64,000 bases of DNA from Clostridiales bacterium (GCA_003150035.1 QALR01000013.1:12690-76689), one strand, 5' to 3'. Positions 1 to 10,028 are shown, counted from the first letter of the stretch. The notes: generated from the sequence alone by a model not told the origin. Translations and numbers: made by a program.

Positions 1-405
1 GCCATTTATTTTGAAATTCCTAAGCGGTATTTGCTTCCGGTCGGACTTATCGCGCTTATCAGCTGGGCGGTTTATCTTGTTGCGGATTCCTTTGGACTTT
101 CTGCAGCGTGGGCGTCTTTTTTTGCCGCGCTCGTCTCCGATTTTTGCGCTTATTTCTGCGCCAGAACGCTGAAGGCACCGGTTATTCTGTTTTTGCTTGG
201 CGGCATTCTGCCTTTGGTTCCGGGTGTCGGCATTTACCGTGCGGTCTATAACATGATATACGGTGCGACAAGCGCTTCTCAGATATGGATCGAGACGTTG
301 CTTATCACAGGAGCGATTGCGCTTGCTATTTTTGTCATGGATACGGGTGTCGATATGGAAAAGCAAATCCGAAAGCATTTTAAGTCGCGCAGCGGGAAAC
401 ATTAA
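1..405 (+). CDS. threonine/serine exporter family (ThrE C-terminal / DUF3815-like) membrane protein, 5' end outside window
   Basis: The frame is open from base 1 (AIYFEIPKRY precedes the listed TTG at 31). The protein is a run of hydrophobic helices, with a GGILPLVPGVG motif typical of this family. Confidence 0.5.
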   Translation, partial: AIYFEIPKRYLLPVGLIALISWAVYLVADSFGLSAAWASFFAALVSDFCAYFCARTLKAPVILFLLGGILPLVPGVGIYRAVYNMIYGATSASQIWIETLLITGAIALAIFVMDTGVDMEKQIRKHFKSRSGKH

Positions 406-464
406 CAAAGGGTTTCCCCTTTTCCAAAAGGGAAGCAGCGTCTAAATTATTCGACAAGGAGGCG

Positions 465-1847
465 ATGAGTATGTTTTCAGCATATGAGCTTCATGAAAAA
501 ATCAAAGAGCTTCTGGAGAAAAGAGAGTTAAAATCCTTGCAGGAGCTTTTCCGGCACGAGAATCCCATCGATATTGCGGGGGCGCTTGACGGGTTCCCCG
601 AAAAGGAAGTGGCCATCGGCTTTCGGTTGCTTTCCAAAGAGCAGGCGGCCGAGGTCTTTGTAGAAATGGACAGCGAAACGCAGGAGGCCCTTCTTGCCAG
701 CTTTAACGATCATGAGCTTTCGGAAATCGTGGATGAGCTTTCTCTCGACGACGCCGCTGACCTAATTGAGGAGATGCCGGCCAATGTGGTTTCCAGAATT
801 TTAAAGAGCACAGACCCGGAGACGCGCCGGCTCATCAATGAGATTCTGCTTTATCCGCAGGACAGCGCCGGCAGCATCATGACGCCGGAATATGTCAGTC
901 TGCGCCGCGACATGACAGTGGAGGAGGCTTTTGAGAAAATCCGCACGGAGGGCGTAGACAAGGAAACCATTTATACCTGCTATGTCACGGAAAACCGGAC
1001 GCTTATCGGTATTATCTCCGCCAAGACCCTTCTGCTTTCCGACAGAGCGGCAAGGGTGGGCGATATGATGACGGCGGATTTTATCGCTGTGAAAACCACG
1101 GACGACAAGGAATTTGCCGCCTCTCAAATCAAAAAATACGGGTTCCTCGCTCTGCCGGTGCTTGATACGGAAAACCGGCTTGTCGGCATTGTCACGATTG
1201 ACGACGCGATGGACGTTATCGAATCAGAAACGACCGAGGATATCGAGCAGATGGCGGCGATTCTGCCGTCGGAGAAGCCGTATTTAAAAACAGGGATCTT
1301 TCGCTTGTGGGTATCCCGCATCCCGTGGCTTCTGCTCTTGATGGTATCGGCGACTTTTACCTCGAAAATCATTTCCTCCTATGAAGCGGCGCTTGCCGCC
1401 TGTGCCGCGCTGACGGCATTCATTCCGATGATTATGGATACGGGTGGAAATGCCGGCGGGCAGGCGTCCGTTACAGTTATCCGTGGTCTTTCGCTTGGGG
1501 AGATCGGACTTCGGAACGCGCTGCGTGTTGTCTGGAAGGAGCTGCGCGTATCCCTTTTGTGCGGCGCAACGCTTGCGCCTGTTGTTTTCCTCAAGGTGAT
1601 GTATATCGATGGCCTTTATGCAGAGCCGGACGGTGTGATGATCTCTCTTGTCGTCGCGGCGACGTTGCTTTTTGTCGTTGTGCTAGCGAAGCTTGTCGGA
1701 TGTCTTTTGCCGCTGCTTGCCAAAGCCGTTCATCTGGATCCTGCCGTGGTTGCCAATCCGTTTATCACCACGATTGTAGACGCACTTGCTCTCATTGTGT
1801 ATTTTGCTCTTGCTTCCCATTATATCCCCGCGCTGATGGGAGGATAG
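465..1847 (+). CDS. mgtE: magnesium transporter MgtE
   Basis: Acidic N-terminal MgtE_N region, two CBS-like repeats, and a C-terminal TM domain with DTGGNAGGQ. AAGGAGG lies upstream of the ATG. Confidence 0.92.
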   Translation: MSMFSAYELHEKIKELLEKRELKSLQELFRHENPIDIAGALDGFPEKEVAIGFRLLSKEQAAEVFVEMDSETQEALLASFNDHELSEIVDELSLDDAADLIEEMPANVVSRILKSTDPETRRLINEILLYPQDSAGSIMTPEYVSLRRDMTVEEAFEKIRTEGVDKETIYTCYVTENRTLIGIISAKTLLLSDRAARVGDMMTADFIAVKTTDDKEFAASQIKKYGFLALPVLDTENRLVGIVTIDDAMDVIESETTEDIEQMAAILPSEKPYLKTGIFRLWVSRIPWLLLLMVSATFTSKIISSYEAALAACAALTAFIPMIMDTGGNAGGQASVTVIRGLSLGEIGLRNALRVVWKELRVSLLCGATLAPVVFLKVMYIDGLYAEPDGVMISLVVAATLLFVVVLAKLVGCLLPLLAKAVHLDPAVVANPFITTIVDALALIVYFALASHYIPALMGG

Positions 1848-1850
1848 AGA

Positions 1851-1889
1851 AAGTCCGCTGTCACAGTTTTTGTGGCAGCGGACTTTTTT
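1851..1889. terminator. bidirectional rho-independent terminator between convergent mgtE and the phosphoesterase gene
   Basis: The arm aagtccgctgtcac pairs with gtggcagcggactt (one G-U) and is followed by a T-run. Confidence 0.65.
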
Positions 1890-1912
1890 GCGGGAGACAA
1901 GGTCCCCGCAGT

Positions 1913-2776
1913 TTATTGGACTGCGCAAGAGATTTCGGGTTTTTTGCTGTTCGCGGGGGCAAGGTCGATAACGACGAGCTCCGGCGGGTTGAATACCCGC
2001 GGAATCCGGTTGCGGCAGAGTCCGCGGCTGACTACCATAGAGGTTTTCTCTGTTAAGCGGTAAAGACCGCCTGCGTATTTTGGAAAAAGTCCCTGTCCCG
2101 GCGCGTATAAACCGTTTAAAAGAAACGGAACGCGGACCTGCCCGCCATGCGCGTGGCCGCAGACAACAAGGTCTGCGCCGCTTTTTGCGTAAGCGGACAC
2201 TCTTTCCGGACGATGGGAAAGCAAGATGCGAAAAGCGCCGGGCTTTGCCTCGCGGCGGCAGCGTTCTATCTGGCGGCGCCAACCGAAACGGTCGGCTTTT
2301 GAGAAGCCGGCGGGATCGTCAATGCCGGAAAGAGAAATTTCTCCGCCGGAAAGCGGAAGCGTATCTCCTTCCAGGACGACGACTCCGCAGGAACGCAGCT
2401 TCCTTTTGATGGCGTCCATACTTCCGGTACGGAATTCATGATTTCCGGATACATAGTAGCAGGGGAAGCTGCTTCCGAGTTCCTCAAAAAGCCGGCATGC
2501 TTCATCGGGAGGAACTCTCTCGTCTATCATATCCCCGACGAAGAAAACGGCGTCCGGTTTTTGTTTTTCAACGGCGGCGACAAGCGACTTTTGGCAAACT
2601 CCATATCGGGAGCTGTGCAGGTCGGCAATGACGATAAATCTTGCCGGTGTGCGGATTTTGTCTGTCAATATTCGGTAACGAACGATTTTCAGTGTTTCTT
2701 GCAGAGCCGCGCCGATCAGAAGCAGGGAAAAAGAGGCGGCAAGGGCGCCGGCAAGGGGTTTCTTGAGTGGTTTCAT
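1913..2776 (-). CDS. metallophosphoesterase (YkuE-like), N-terminal TM/signal segment
   Basis: Motifs DLH, GDMIDE, GNHE and GHAHGGQ appear in the canonical calcineurin-like order. Confidence 0.8.
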   Translation of the reverse strand: MKPLKKPLAGALAASFSLLLIGAALQETLKIVRYRILTDKIRTPARFIVIADLHSSRYGVCQKSLVAAVEKQKPDAVFFVGDMIDERVPPDEACRLFEELGSSFPCYYVSGNHEFRTGSMDAIKRKLRSCGVVVLEGDTLPLSGGEISLSGIDDPAGFSKADRFGWRRQIERCRREAKPGAFRILLSHRPERVSAYAKSGADLVVCGHAHGGQVRVPFLLNGLYAPGQGLFPKYAGGLYRLTEKTSMVVSRGLCRNRIPRVFNPPELVVIDLAPANSKKPEISCAVQ

Positions 2777-2806
2777 AAAAATCCTTCTAAAAAAATATTG
2801 AAAAAA

Positions 2807-3622
2807 TCAAAACGCCGCGCGGACGCTGTGGTAGAAATCAAGCGTGGAAAAATTCCGCTCCAAATGACAGAGGAGATATTTTTCGCACACGGAGGAGAAA
2901 TCCCGCAGCGCGTCGTCCTGCAGCTCAAAAGCAAAGATTCGTTCTAGCTTGGCATAAATCGTATAGCGCATGGCGGCGAATACGGAAGGGGAAAGCAGAG
3001 AGATAAGCTGCCCTGTATGGTGGTAGATGGCTTCCGCTTCGTTTTGACGGCAGGAGGCGGCCTCATATTCCGCCTGTGAGGCGCGGAAGCACTCTTCACA
3101 GCGGAAAATGCCGCCTGAAACGTCAAAATAATAGGTTTCGAGAGAGGATTTTCCGCATCCGGCGCAGGCGACAAGGTTCGGCAGAAAGCCGGCTTCCGCC
3201 GCCGCGCGAAGCTCAAAGACGGCTTTGATCTGTTCGGGCGGCTTGATTTTGCCGGCAATGGCGTAAAAGCAGTTGAGCACGAGGCGCAGAAGCGCTTCTT
3301 CCTTCTGTTCCTCTTGGGCGACGTCGGCGGCGACATCCGCAAGATAACCGGCAAGCGCCGCGCCCTCGAGCGTATCCCGGATATGATAGAAGCTTTCCAT
3401 GAGCGCACCCTGTCGGATATAATAGGTGCTTGCGGATTTGTAGAGCGTCATTTCCGAATAGGAAAAAAGCTGTGTCGGCGTAAAAAGCGGGCTTTTCAGG
3501 CGCTTGGCGCCTCTTGCAAAGACCGAGATCTTTCCGTATGCGGCGGTGAGCACCGTCATGATTTTGTCATAGTCGCCGATGGGGGTTTCTTTTAAGATCA
3601 GCCCTTTTACGGTTTCCGTCAC
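2807..3622 (-). CDS. recO: DNA repair protein RecO
   Basis: N-terminal OB-fold signature (GLILKETPIGDYDKI) and a C-terminal CxxC...CxxC zinc motif. GTG start with AGGAGG upstream. Sits downstream of era as in Bacillus. Confidence 0.85.
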   Translation of the reverse strand: MTETVKGLILKETPIGDYDKIMTVLTAAYGKISVFARGAKRLKSPLFTPTQLFSYSEMTLYKSASTYYIRQGALMESFYHIRDTLEGAALAGYLADVAADVAQEEQKEEALLRLVLNCFYAIAGKIKPPEQIKAVFELRAAAEAGFLPNLVACAGCGKSSLETYYFDVSGGIFRCEECFRASQAEYEAASCRQNEAEAIYHHTGQLISLLSPSVFAAMRYTIYAKLERIFAFELQDDALRDFSSVCEKYLLCHLERNFSTLDFYHSVRAAF

Positions 3623-3807
3623 GGCAAGACCTCCTTTCAGAATTTTGGCCCCGTCTTTTTTTCGTCGTCAAGAATCACCGCAAGGATGAGCACGCCGACC
3701 AATAGACATGACGGCGGACAGAGCGTAACGGACAGACGGGTAAGGGTCCATGTTCCAAACGGCTCCGACGAGCCAGTCTGACACGGTGTATGCCGCGGCA
3801 AAGAGCC

Positions 3808-4692
3808 TTATTCGTCCTTGAAGCCGAAATTCGCAATGACGGCGGTGCTGTCGCGCCAGTTTTCCTTGACCTTTACCCAAAGGTCGAGGAAAACCTTGAT
3901 CCCGAAGAACCGCTCCATATCCTCGCGTGCGCGGGAGCCGATTCTTTTCAGCATTTCTCCGTTTTTGCCGATGATAATCGGCTTGTGAGAGGCCTTTTCG
4001 CAGAAAATCTCCGCACGGATGGAGAGCAGGTTTTTCTTTTCGGAGAAGCTTTCGATGACGACGGCGACGCCGTGCGGAATCTCGTCGCCAAGGGAAAGCA
4101 GGAGCTTTTCCCGGATGATTTCGGAAGCGATGACGCGCTCCGGTTGGTCGGTTATCATATCGTCTGGAAAAAACCACGGTCCCGGCTCGGCAAATTTTTC
4201 AAGCTCTTCAAAGATGATCTCGACGTTCTTCCCGGTTTTGGCGGAAATCGGAATCACGGCGTCGAAATGGTGATGCTCGGAAAAGCGCGTGATGGTATCG
4301 CCAATTTTTTGCGCGTCACTGACGTCAATTTTATTGATGATGAGAATCGTCGGCAGCTTTGCCCCCTCAAACCGGCGTAAAAGCGAGGTTTCCACAGGCC
4401 CCACGCGGTCGCCTGCTTCCACAAGCAGGAGTACGACGTCCACATCTGCGGCGGCACCGTCTGCGATCTTCATCATGTAAGAACCGAGCTTGTCCTTCGG
4501 GCGGTGAACACCGGGCGTATCGAGAAAAACGTACTGCGTCTCACCCTTTGTCAGAATGCCGGTGATTTTCGTTCTTGTCGTCTGCGGCTTCGGGGAAACG
4601 ATGGAGATATGCTCGCCCAAGATGCTGTTGAGCAGCGTGGATTTACCGACGTTCGGCCGGCCGATGAGCGCCGCGAATAGATTCTTTTTCAT
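3808..4692 (-). CDS. era: GTPase Era
   Basis: G1 GRPNVGKST, G3 DTPG and G4 NKID motifs plus a C-terminal KH domain. The start was moved to the MKKNLF ATG at 4692 because GGAAAGGA lies upstream of it. Confidence 0.92.
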   Translation of the reverse strand: MKKNLFAALIGRPNVGKSTLLNSILGEHISIVSPKPQTTRTKITGILTKGETQYVFLDTPGVHRPKDKLGSYMMKIADGAAADVDVVLLLVEAGDRVGPVETSLLRRFEGAKLPTILIINKIDVSDAQKIGDTITRFSEHHHFDAVIPISAKTGKNVEIIFEELEKFAEPGPWFFPDDMITDQPERVIASEIIREKLLLSLGDEIPHGVAVVIESFSEKKNLLSIRAEIFCEKASHKPIIIGKNGEMLKRIGSRAREDMERFFGIKVFLDLWVKVKENWRDSTAVIANFGFKDE

Positions 4693-4732
4693 TGTGATAG
4701 TCCTTTCCCACCGTCCGGTGGCAGCATATTTT

Positions 4733-5536
4733 TTATAAAAGTTCGGGACGATGGAGCGCAAAGTCGATCGCCTGCCGCATAGAGAAAAGTCGGCATTCCG
4801 CCTGTCCGACGAATCCGATTTTCACGGAACCTGTCTGTGCTTCAAAGGCGACACCGATTGAGGGAAACCGGTCGGCATCGAAATCGGTGTCATAAAACCA
4901 TTTCCAAAGTGCTACTTCGTTTTCTGAGACGGAGGCTCCCATTTTGACGGACTGCTTTGAGAGCTTCGTCTCCGCATAATGGAGCGCAGAGCAGCGGTTA
5001 TACCCAACGCCGAGGAGCAGGACTTTGGCGTCCATCTGCAGACCTTTCCCGATCGGAGAATCGTCGCCGAACTGCGGGGTCAGTGCATGATCCGCCGTTA
5101 TATAAGCGGCATCTCTCCCGCAGGCACAAAAGGAGGTCTGCGGATGAGCGGAACGCAGAACCCCCGGGTAATGTCGAAAGCATTCCGCGATGGCACCCAC
5201 TCCTTCGGAGGGGGACTTGTCCCTGTCAAATGGAGGCATGGTTTCCCGGATAGCGGCATGCCATGCTGCCGGTACCGGTGGCGCTTCCCATTCGGCAGGG
5301 TCGGAATTACCGGGTGTATGTGCGGGCATGACGACGGTTCCGTTCTTTCCCACCGCATCAAGCAGCGCATTGCATACGGCCACCTGTCCTCCGCAGACCC
5401 ACCCTATGGCAGAAAGCGAGGAGTGGACAAACAAAGTATCTCCCGAACAGACGCCGAGCTTTTGGAGATCCTTTCGGAGACGGTCGTAGGTAATGGGGGT
5501 GCTTGTGATCTTTATGATGTCCGATTCGCTTGGCAT
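4733..5536 (-). CDS. AAC(3)-family aminoglycoside N-acetyltransferase-like protein (Antibiotic_NAT fold, YokD-like)
   Basis: Family-typical N-terminus GDTLFVHSSLSAIGWVCGG ... GTVVMPAHT, and a family-typical length of about 267 aa. Confidence 0.7.
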   Translation of the reverse strand: MPSESDIIKITSTPITYDRLRKDLQKLGVCSGDTLFVHSSLSAIGWVCGGQVAVCNALLDAVGKNGTVVMPAHTPGNSDPAEWEAPPVPAAWHAAIRETMPPFDRDKSPSEGVGAIAECFRHYPGVLRSAHPQTSFCACGRDAAYITADHALTPQFGDDSPIGKGLQMDAKVLLLGVGYNRCSALHYAETKLSKQSVKMGASVSENEVALWKWFYDTDFDADRFPSIGVAFEAQTGSVKIGFVGQAECRLFSMRQAIDFALHRPELL

Positions 5537-5562
5537 GGATATCCTTTCACGGCAGCCCTGTC

Positions 5563-6042
5563 TTATGTACGAGTAGCACCGATTTTGGTCAAGATTTTTT
5601 CCTGTGTTTGATTCATATAGACCTCATCCTCTGCGGCGCTCTCATGGTCGTAGCCGAGCAGGTGCAGAGTGGAATGAACGGCCAGAAAGGCGAATTCCCG
5701 CTCCGGGGAGTGTCCGTATTCCTGCGCTTGCGATATTGCTTTTTCCGCGCAGATGACAATATCGCCGAGCAGGACGGCGCCGTTTCCGGGATCGATATCT
5801 CCCGCTTCCTCTTCCCGCGCCATCGGGAAGGAAAGCACGTCGGTGGGCTTGTCCTTGCCGCGATAAGAAAGGTTGAGCGCGTGGATTTCCTCGCTGTCAA
5901 CAAAGCTTACGGAAATTTCGGCAGGATGGGGAAACGCTTCCTCACGCAGCGTTTCCGCTACTGCCCGGCGCACGAGCGCGCGTATGGCGGGGGTGATACT
6001 TACGACTTTCTGCCGGTTTTGAAAATAGATGGCATGTTTCAT
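5563..6042 (-). CDS. ybeY: rRNA maturation endoribonuclease YbeY
   Basis: HSTLHLLGYDH zinc-binding motif. Overlaps phoH by 4 nt. Confidence 0.9.
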   Translation of the reverse strand: MKHAIYFQNRQKVVSITPAIRALVRRAVAETLREEAFPHPAEISVSFVDSEEIHALNLSYRGKDKPTDVLSFPMAREEEAGDIDPGNGAVLLGDIVICAEKAISQAQEYGHSPEREFAFLAVHSTLHLLGYDHESAAEDEVYMNQTQEKILTKIGATRT

Positions 6043-7058
6043 TTGTCTCTGTCCTTTTTGGCGACATGGTATTTTTCGCTTTTGGCTCGCCTTTCTCGTT
6101 CGTATTTTTCATAAGCGAGGATGATTCGCTGGACCAGCTTGTGGCGCACGACATCGCGTTCGGTAAATTCATGGATGGCGATATCTTCGATGCCGCGCAG
6201 GATTTTCATTGCCTCAACAAGCCCGGAGCGCGTCCCGCGCGGAAGGTCAGTCTGTGTGATATCGCCCGTCACGACGGCTTTGGAGCCGGAGCCGAGCCTT
6301 GTGAGAAACATTTTCATCTGCTCCGGCGTTGTATTTTGTGCTTCATCCAGAATGATAAAGCTGTCGTCGAGCGTGCGTCCGCGCATATAGGCGAGAGGCG
6401 CGATTTCGATGGTGCCGCGCTCGATGTGCTTTTGATAGGTTTCCGCGCCGAGCATTTCAAAGAGCGCGTCATGAAGCGGGCGCAGGTACGGATCGATTTT
6501 GTTCTGCAAATCTCCCGGCAGAAATCCAAGCTTTTCTCCGGCCTCGACGGCGGGACGGGTCAGAATGATACGGGAAACCTGCTTATTGCGCAGCGCCTTG
6601 GAGGCAGCGGCGACGGCGAGAAAGGTTTTTCCCGTGCCCGCGGGACCGATGCCGAGAATAACGGTGTTTTTTTCCATCGCCTCAATATATTTTTTCTGTC
6701 CGAGCGTCTTGGCTTTGATCGGTTTTCCGCGGGTCGTGACGCAGATGCAGTCGTCGCCAAACCGCTCGAGCGGCTCGCCGCCTTTTACCATGGAAATGAC
6801 GTATTCGACGCTTTGCTCGGAGAGGTCGCTTCCCATTTCTGTCATGTTTTTCAGATATTCCATTGCCGTATAAGCGGCGAGCACCGAATCGCTGTCCTCG
6901 CCCCGGATGACGACGGCATCTCCAGCGGTTTTTTCCGTGTCGCGATTGGCAATGGAAACCCCAAAAGCCTTTTCCACAGCGGCGATGTTGCGATCAAAAT
7001 TGCCGAAGAGCGTCGCTGTTTGCAGTGCTGTATCGGTGAGAAGTGTTTTTTCGTACAT
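6039..7058 (-). CDS. phoH: PhoH-family ATPase
   Basis: Walker A GPAGTGKT, Walker B IILDEAQN, and conserved synteny with ybeY. Confidence 0.9.
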   Translation of the reverse strand: MYEKTLLTDTALQTATLFGNFDRNIAAVEKAFGVSIANRDTEKTAGDAVVIRGEDSDSVLAAYTAMEYLKNMTEMGSDLSEQSVEYVISMVKGGEPLERFGDDCICVTTRGKPIKAKTLGQKKYIEAMEKNTVILGIGPAGTGKTFLAVAAASKALRNKQVSRIILTRPAVEAGEKLGFLPGDLQNKIDPYLRPLHDALFEMLGAETYQKHIERGTIEIAPLAYMRGRTLDDSFIILDEAQNTTPEQMKMFLTRLGSGSKAVVTGDITQTDLPRGTRSGLVEAMKILRGIEDIAIHEFTERDVVRHKLVQRIILAYEKYERERRAKSEKYHVAKKDRDK

Positions 7059-7089
7059 AGCTACTCCTTATCTTTTCTTTACGTCTTGC

Positions 7090-8793
7090 TTAAACTTGAA
7101 GCAGTTTGTTTTCCGCCGCCTCGAAAAAACGGGGATCTCCCTTGCCGTTTCTGCAAAGCTCGTCCCAGATTTCATAAACGGCAGCGTTCCACCCCTGGTT
7201 GGCCTTGACGCCGTTTCCCTGAAGCGTATGCATATATTCATGGGTCGCGCCGTCGTAGTCGAGGTCGATGAAAAGCCGCCAGATCATGTTATCCACCGCA
7301 TCCGGCGCGCCGTGCAGATAGGCGTCGATATGGAACAGCATCTCATAAATATGGTAGGAACCTCCGTTGGCATATCGCCCGAGATCCATTTTTGCCATTT
7401 CTGGATGGATATAACCATACGCGCCATAGGCTTCCATCGGCAAATATTCACCGTCCGGGGCGGATACGATTTTGGTTCCGTAAGGCGTTTTCGCCTTGCT
7501 TTCCATGATGCGGCGGTATGTTTTGCGTACCATTTCGTCCGGCAGGAAGGTGTGTCCGAACAAAATAAAATGAAAAAGATCACCGACCGCAAAATCCAAG
7601 GCGAGATACGGCTTTTTCTCGCTCATAGGGATGTATTCGCCGTTGTAAAGCGAAAGATAGCGGTTGATTGCCTTTTTATATGTGTCATAAATTTCAAATC
7701 CCAATTCCTTTGCGGCGCGCAGCGCACAGACGCAAAGCCCCTGTGAATAGGAATCCAAATCGTCAAATTCAAAGCAGCAGATATCAAACCAGTTGCGGAA
7801 GGCACCATGCTCATCACAGTTGGGATAATAGCCTCCGTCGGTATGTTTGGAAAGACAAGCCATCATGATATCATACGCTTTGCGCGCAAGCTCTCGGTTA
7901 AAGGAACCTCCCTTTTTCACAATGCGGTATGACCAAATCAGATAAATCAAGGAATTTTCCGCCTGCTTCAGCCAGTCCTCGCGAAAGGCAAGATAGCACT
8001 GCATTTCCATATCGACAGGGAGAATCCACGTTTGATAGAAAGAATCTCTTACGTATTGGCAGTTAGCGTATTGAATGCCCGCGACAATCCAATAATCGCT
8101 TGTTCCGGATTCGTTGCGGCGATAGTGCATGTAGTTGCTGGCAAACGAAACGGCGTGGTAGGCCCTGCCGCAGCTGTCTCCCCAGACGTTGTCGATGGCG
8201 AGAAAGGCTTCCCGTCGGATCGCTTTCAGCGAGGCGGCCTCGCAGCTTTTTATGATGAATCGGAAGGTGTGTGTTTTCCCGCCGCCGATTTCGTGAAAAT
8301 ACGGAGGAAAATGATCTCCCTCAAAATTCGGAGAGCCTCCGGGGTCGCCGGAGGAAAGAAAAAATTCGCCGGTTTCTGGAAGAAAATGTTGCGTTGTGTA
8401 ATTGTCACAGTGGCCGGGATGGTCGGAGATAAAAAGGTTGGTTTTGCCTTCCCTGACCACGGCTGCCATTGGCACGGCGCTGCTGTCCATCTTAAACTGA
8501 TAATTACGGTAGTCGTGCGGACTTTGCCGCAGAAGCTGCTCATGCTTGCATGGGCCGTTAAAGGAGTAAAGCGTGCCGTCTCCGCTTCCGTAAAGGGAGA
8601 AATAGCATGCCGCGCTCCCTTCCGCCGCGGCAGTAAGCGTCACAAGCACGGCATCTCCTCTTGCAGAAAAAACCGCTGTGACGCGGATTTTCTGACAGCA
8701 TTGTTCCCATACGGCTTCATCCGGAAAGGGTTCTTTAATATCAAAAAGCGGATACGTACCACTTTTATCGTGCAAAAGAACTTTATATATCAT
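7090..8793 (-). CDS. conserved hypothetical protein, possibly (alpha/alpha)6 glycoside-hydrolase-like
   Basis: Clean 567-aa ORF with AAGGAG 9 nt upstream. The Trp/Tyr/Asp-rich C-terminal half resembles six-hairpin glycosidases, but no diagnostic motif was recognised. Confidence 0.4.
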   Translation of the reverse strand: MIYKVLLHDKSGTYPLFDIKEPFPDEAVWEQCCQKIRVTAVFSARGDAVLVTLTAAAEGSAACYFSLYGSGDGTLYSFNGPCKHEQLLRQSPHDYRNYQFKMDSSAVPMAAVVREGKTNLFISDHPGHCDNYTTQHFLPETGEFFLSSGDPGGSPNFEGDHFPPYFHEIGGGKTHTFRFIIKSCEAASLKAIRREAFLAIDNVWGDSCGRAYHAVSFASNYMHYRRNESGTSDYWIVAGIQYANCQYVRDSFYQTWILPVDMEMQCYLAFREDWLKQAENSLIYLIWSYRIVKKGGSFNRELARKAYDIMMACLSKHTDGGYYPNCDEHGAFRNWFDICCFEFDDLDSYSQGLCVCALRAAKELGFEIYDTYKKAINRYLSLYNGEYIPMSEKKPYLALDFAVGDLFHFILFGHTFLPDEMVRKTYRRIMESKAKTPYGTKIVSAPDGEYLPMEAYGAYGYIHPEMAKMDLGRYANGGSYHIYEMLFHIDAYLHGAPDAVDNMIWRLFIDLDYDGATHEYMHTLQGNGVKANQGWNAAVYEIWDELCRNGKGDPRFFEAAENKLLQV

Positions 8794-8849
8794 TCCTTCA
8801 TTCTCCTTGTTTTTGAAATCTGGCGAACGGTTTGAGGGCGGTATTGCGA

Positions 8850-10028
8850 TCAGCCCGTTTCAATTTTTACTTCCTCGGCGATGTTAAGGATACATTCTAC
8901 CTCTTCCCGCAAAACGAGACGGTCCCCGCTTTCAGAGATGTGCGTATGTCTGGCAAGGATCTCTGCATTTTCAAGCTCAGCTTCGCTTATCTTGTAGAGC
9001 TCTTCATAAGCGCGTGCGAGCGCCTCGGATTCTGTCAAGGTTTTTTCCTGCCATTCGTATTCCGCATAGGTCGTTTCCCGAACAAAAACAGGAAGTTTGA
9101 TTTTGCCGAAGAGATAGACGCGTTTTTCTGTTTCTATTCTATCACAATTCTCATAGGAAATGCTATCCTTTCCGAAAAGATTTAACGTTTTTGAAAAAAT
9201 TTTTACGGATTTCTGCTTTTCAAAGCTGCCTGTATAGACTTTTTCTGTCGTTTGATAAGGGATTTCCACGGTATAAGTGAGCGTGACCCTTGCCGTGACC
9301 TCGCCGCGTGCACGAACAAGACGATAGCCGAGCGCATTGGAGTCGATGATGCCGCTGACAAGCAAATCGCCCTTTTTGACGATTTGCCCGCGTGCCACAG
9401 CAGCAACGCCTCCTGTAACCTCCAGTGCCTCAATTTGTCCATCGAATGCCGCCACGAGATTGGAGGGCGCCTGCGTGTCGATGGATGTGGCATCTTCACT
9501 TCTTTCTCTCACCTCTACGGCGGCGACTGTGCCGCGCAGATTCAGGCTGATCCAAGAAAGCCCGTCGACGTCGAGAATCATTTTCTGCTCGATTTTTTCC
9601 GTGTCAAGCGAAGGGATGTAGGCGCCGAGCTTTACGCCGTTTTCCTCCAAGGCGTCAAGAATTTCCTTGTCTGAAAGATGCTCTGTGCCGGTAACGGTGA
9701 TATCCCAGACGAAAAAGGACGAGCAGATGATAAGCGCGAGAGCGAGAATCGCTCCTGCAGCAAGACCGATTCTCCCCTTGTAGCGCCGGAGAACGGCGAA
9801 AAGTCCGCAAAGCTCCCGCCTCTCCCCGACGAACCTTTCCTCCGCACGCAGCCGCCGATATCTTTTGAAGTCGGAAATGAACAGACAAAAAGACAAAGTC
9901 CCGTTTTCATTTTCCAGTCCGTGGAAGGGAATGTCCTGCGAGATGAGAAAATCGAGCGCGGATTTTCCGTCGGTTTCCGCCAAGGTTATCCGATAATAGC
10001 TTCTGATGAAGTGAAGGATATGTTCCAT
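8850..10028 (-). CDS. yqfD: sporulation protein YqfD
   Basis: About 390 aa with a single central TM segment (IGLAAGAILALALIICSSFFVW). Position directly downstream of yqfC. Confidence 0.8.
   Translation of the reverse strand: MEHILHFIRSYYRITLAETDGKSALDFLISQDIPFHGLENENGTLSFCLFISDFKRYRRLRAEERFVGERRELCGLFAVLRRYKGRIGLAAGAILALALIICSSFFVWDITVTGTEHLSDKEILDALEENGVKLGAYIPSLDTEKIEQKMILDVDGLSWISLNLRGTVAAVEVRERSEDATSIDTQAPSNLVAAFDGQIEALEVTGGVAAVARGQIVKKGDLLVSGIIDSNALGYRLVRARGEVTARVTLTYTVEIPYQTTEKVYTGSFEKQKSVKIFSKTLNLFGKDSISYENCDRIETEKRVYLFGKIKLPVFVRETTYAEYEWQEKTLTESEALARAYEELYKISEAELENAEILARHTHISESGDRLVLREEVECILNIAEEVKIETG

Noticed and set aside
406-464. M-box (Mg2+) riboswitch upstream of mgtE
   Set aside because: Only about 60 nt separate the upstream gene from the mgtE start, far too short for an M-box aptamer. 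No conserved M-box elements were seen.
6066-7208. 380-aa plus-strand ORF opposite phoH
   Set aside because: Shadow ORF of a GC-rich gene. PhoH on the minus strand has Walker motifs and conserved synteny.
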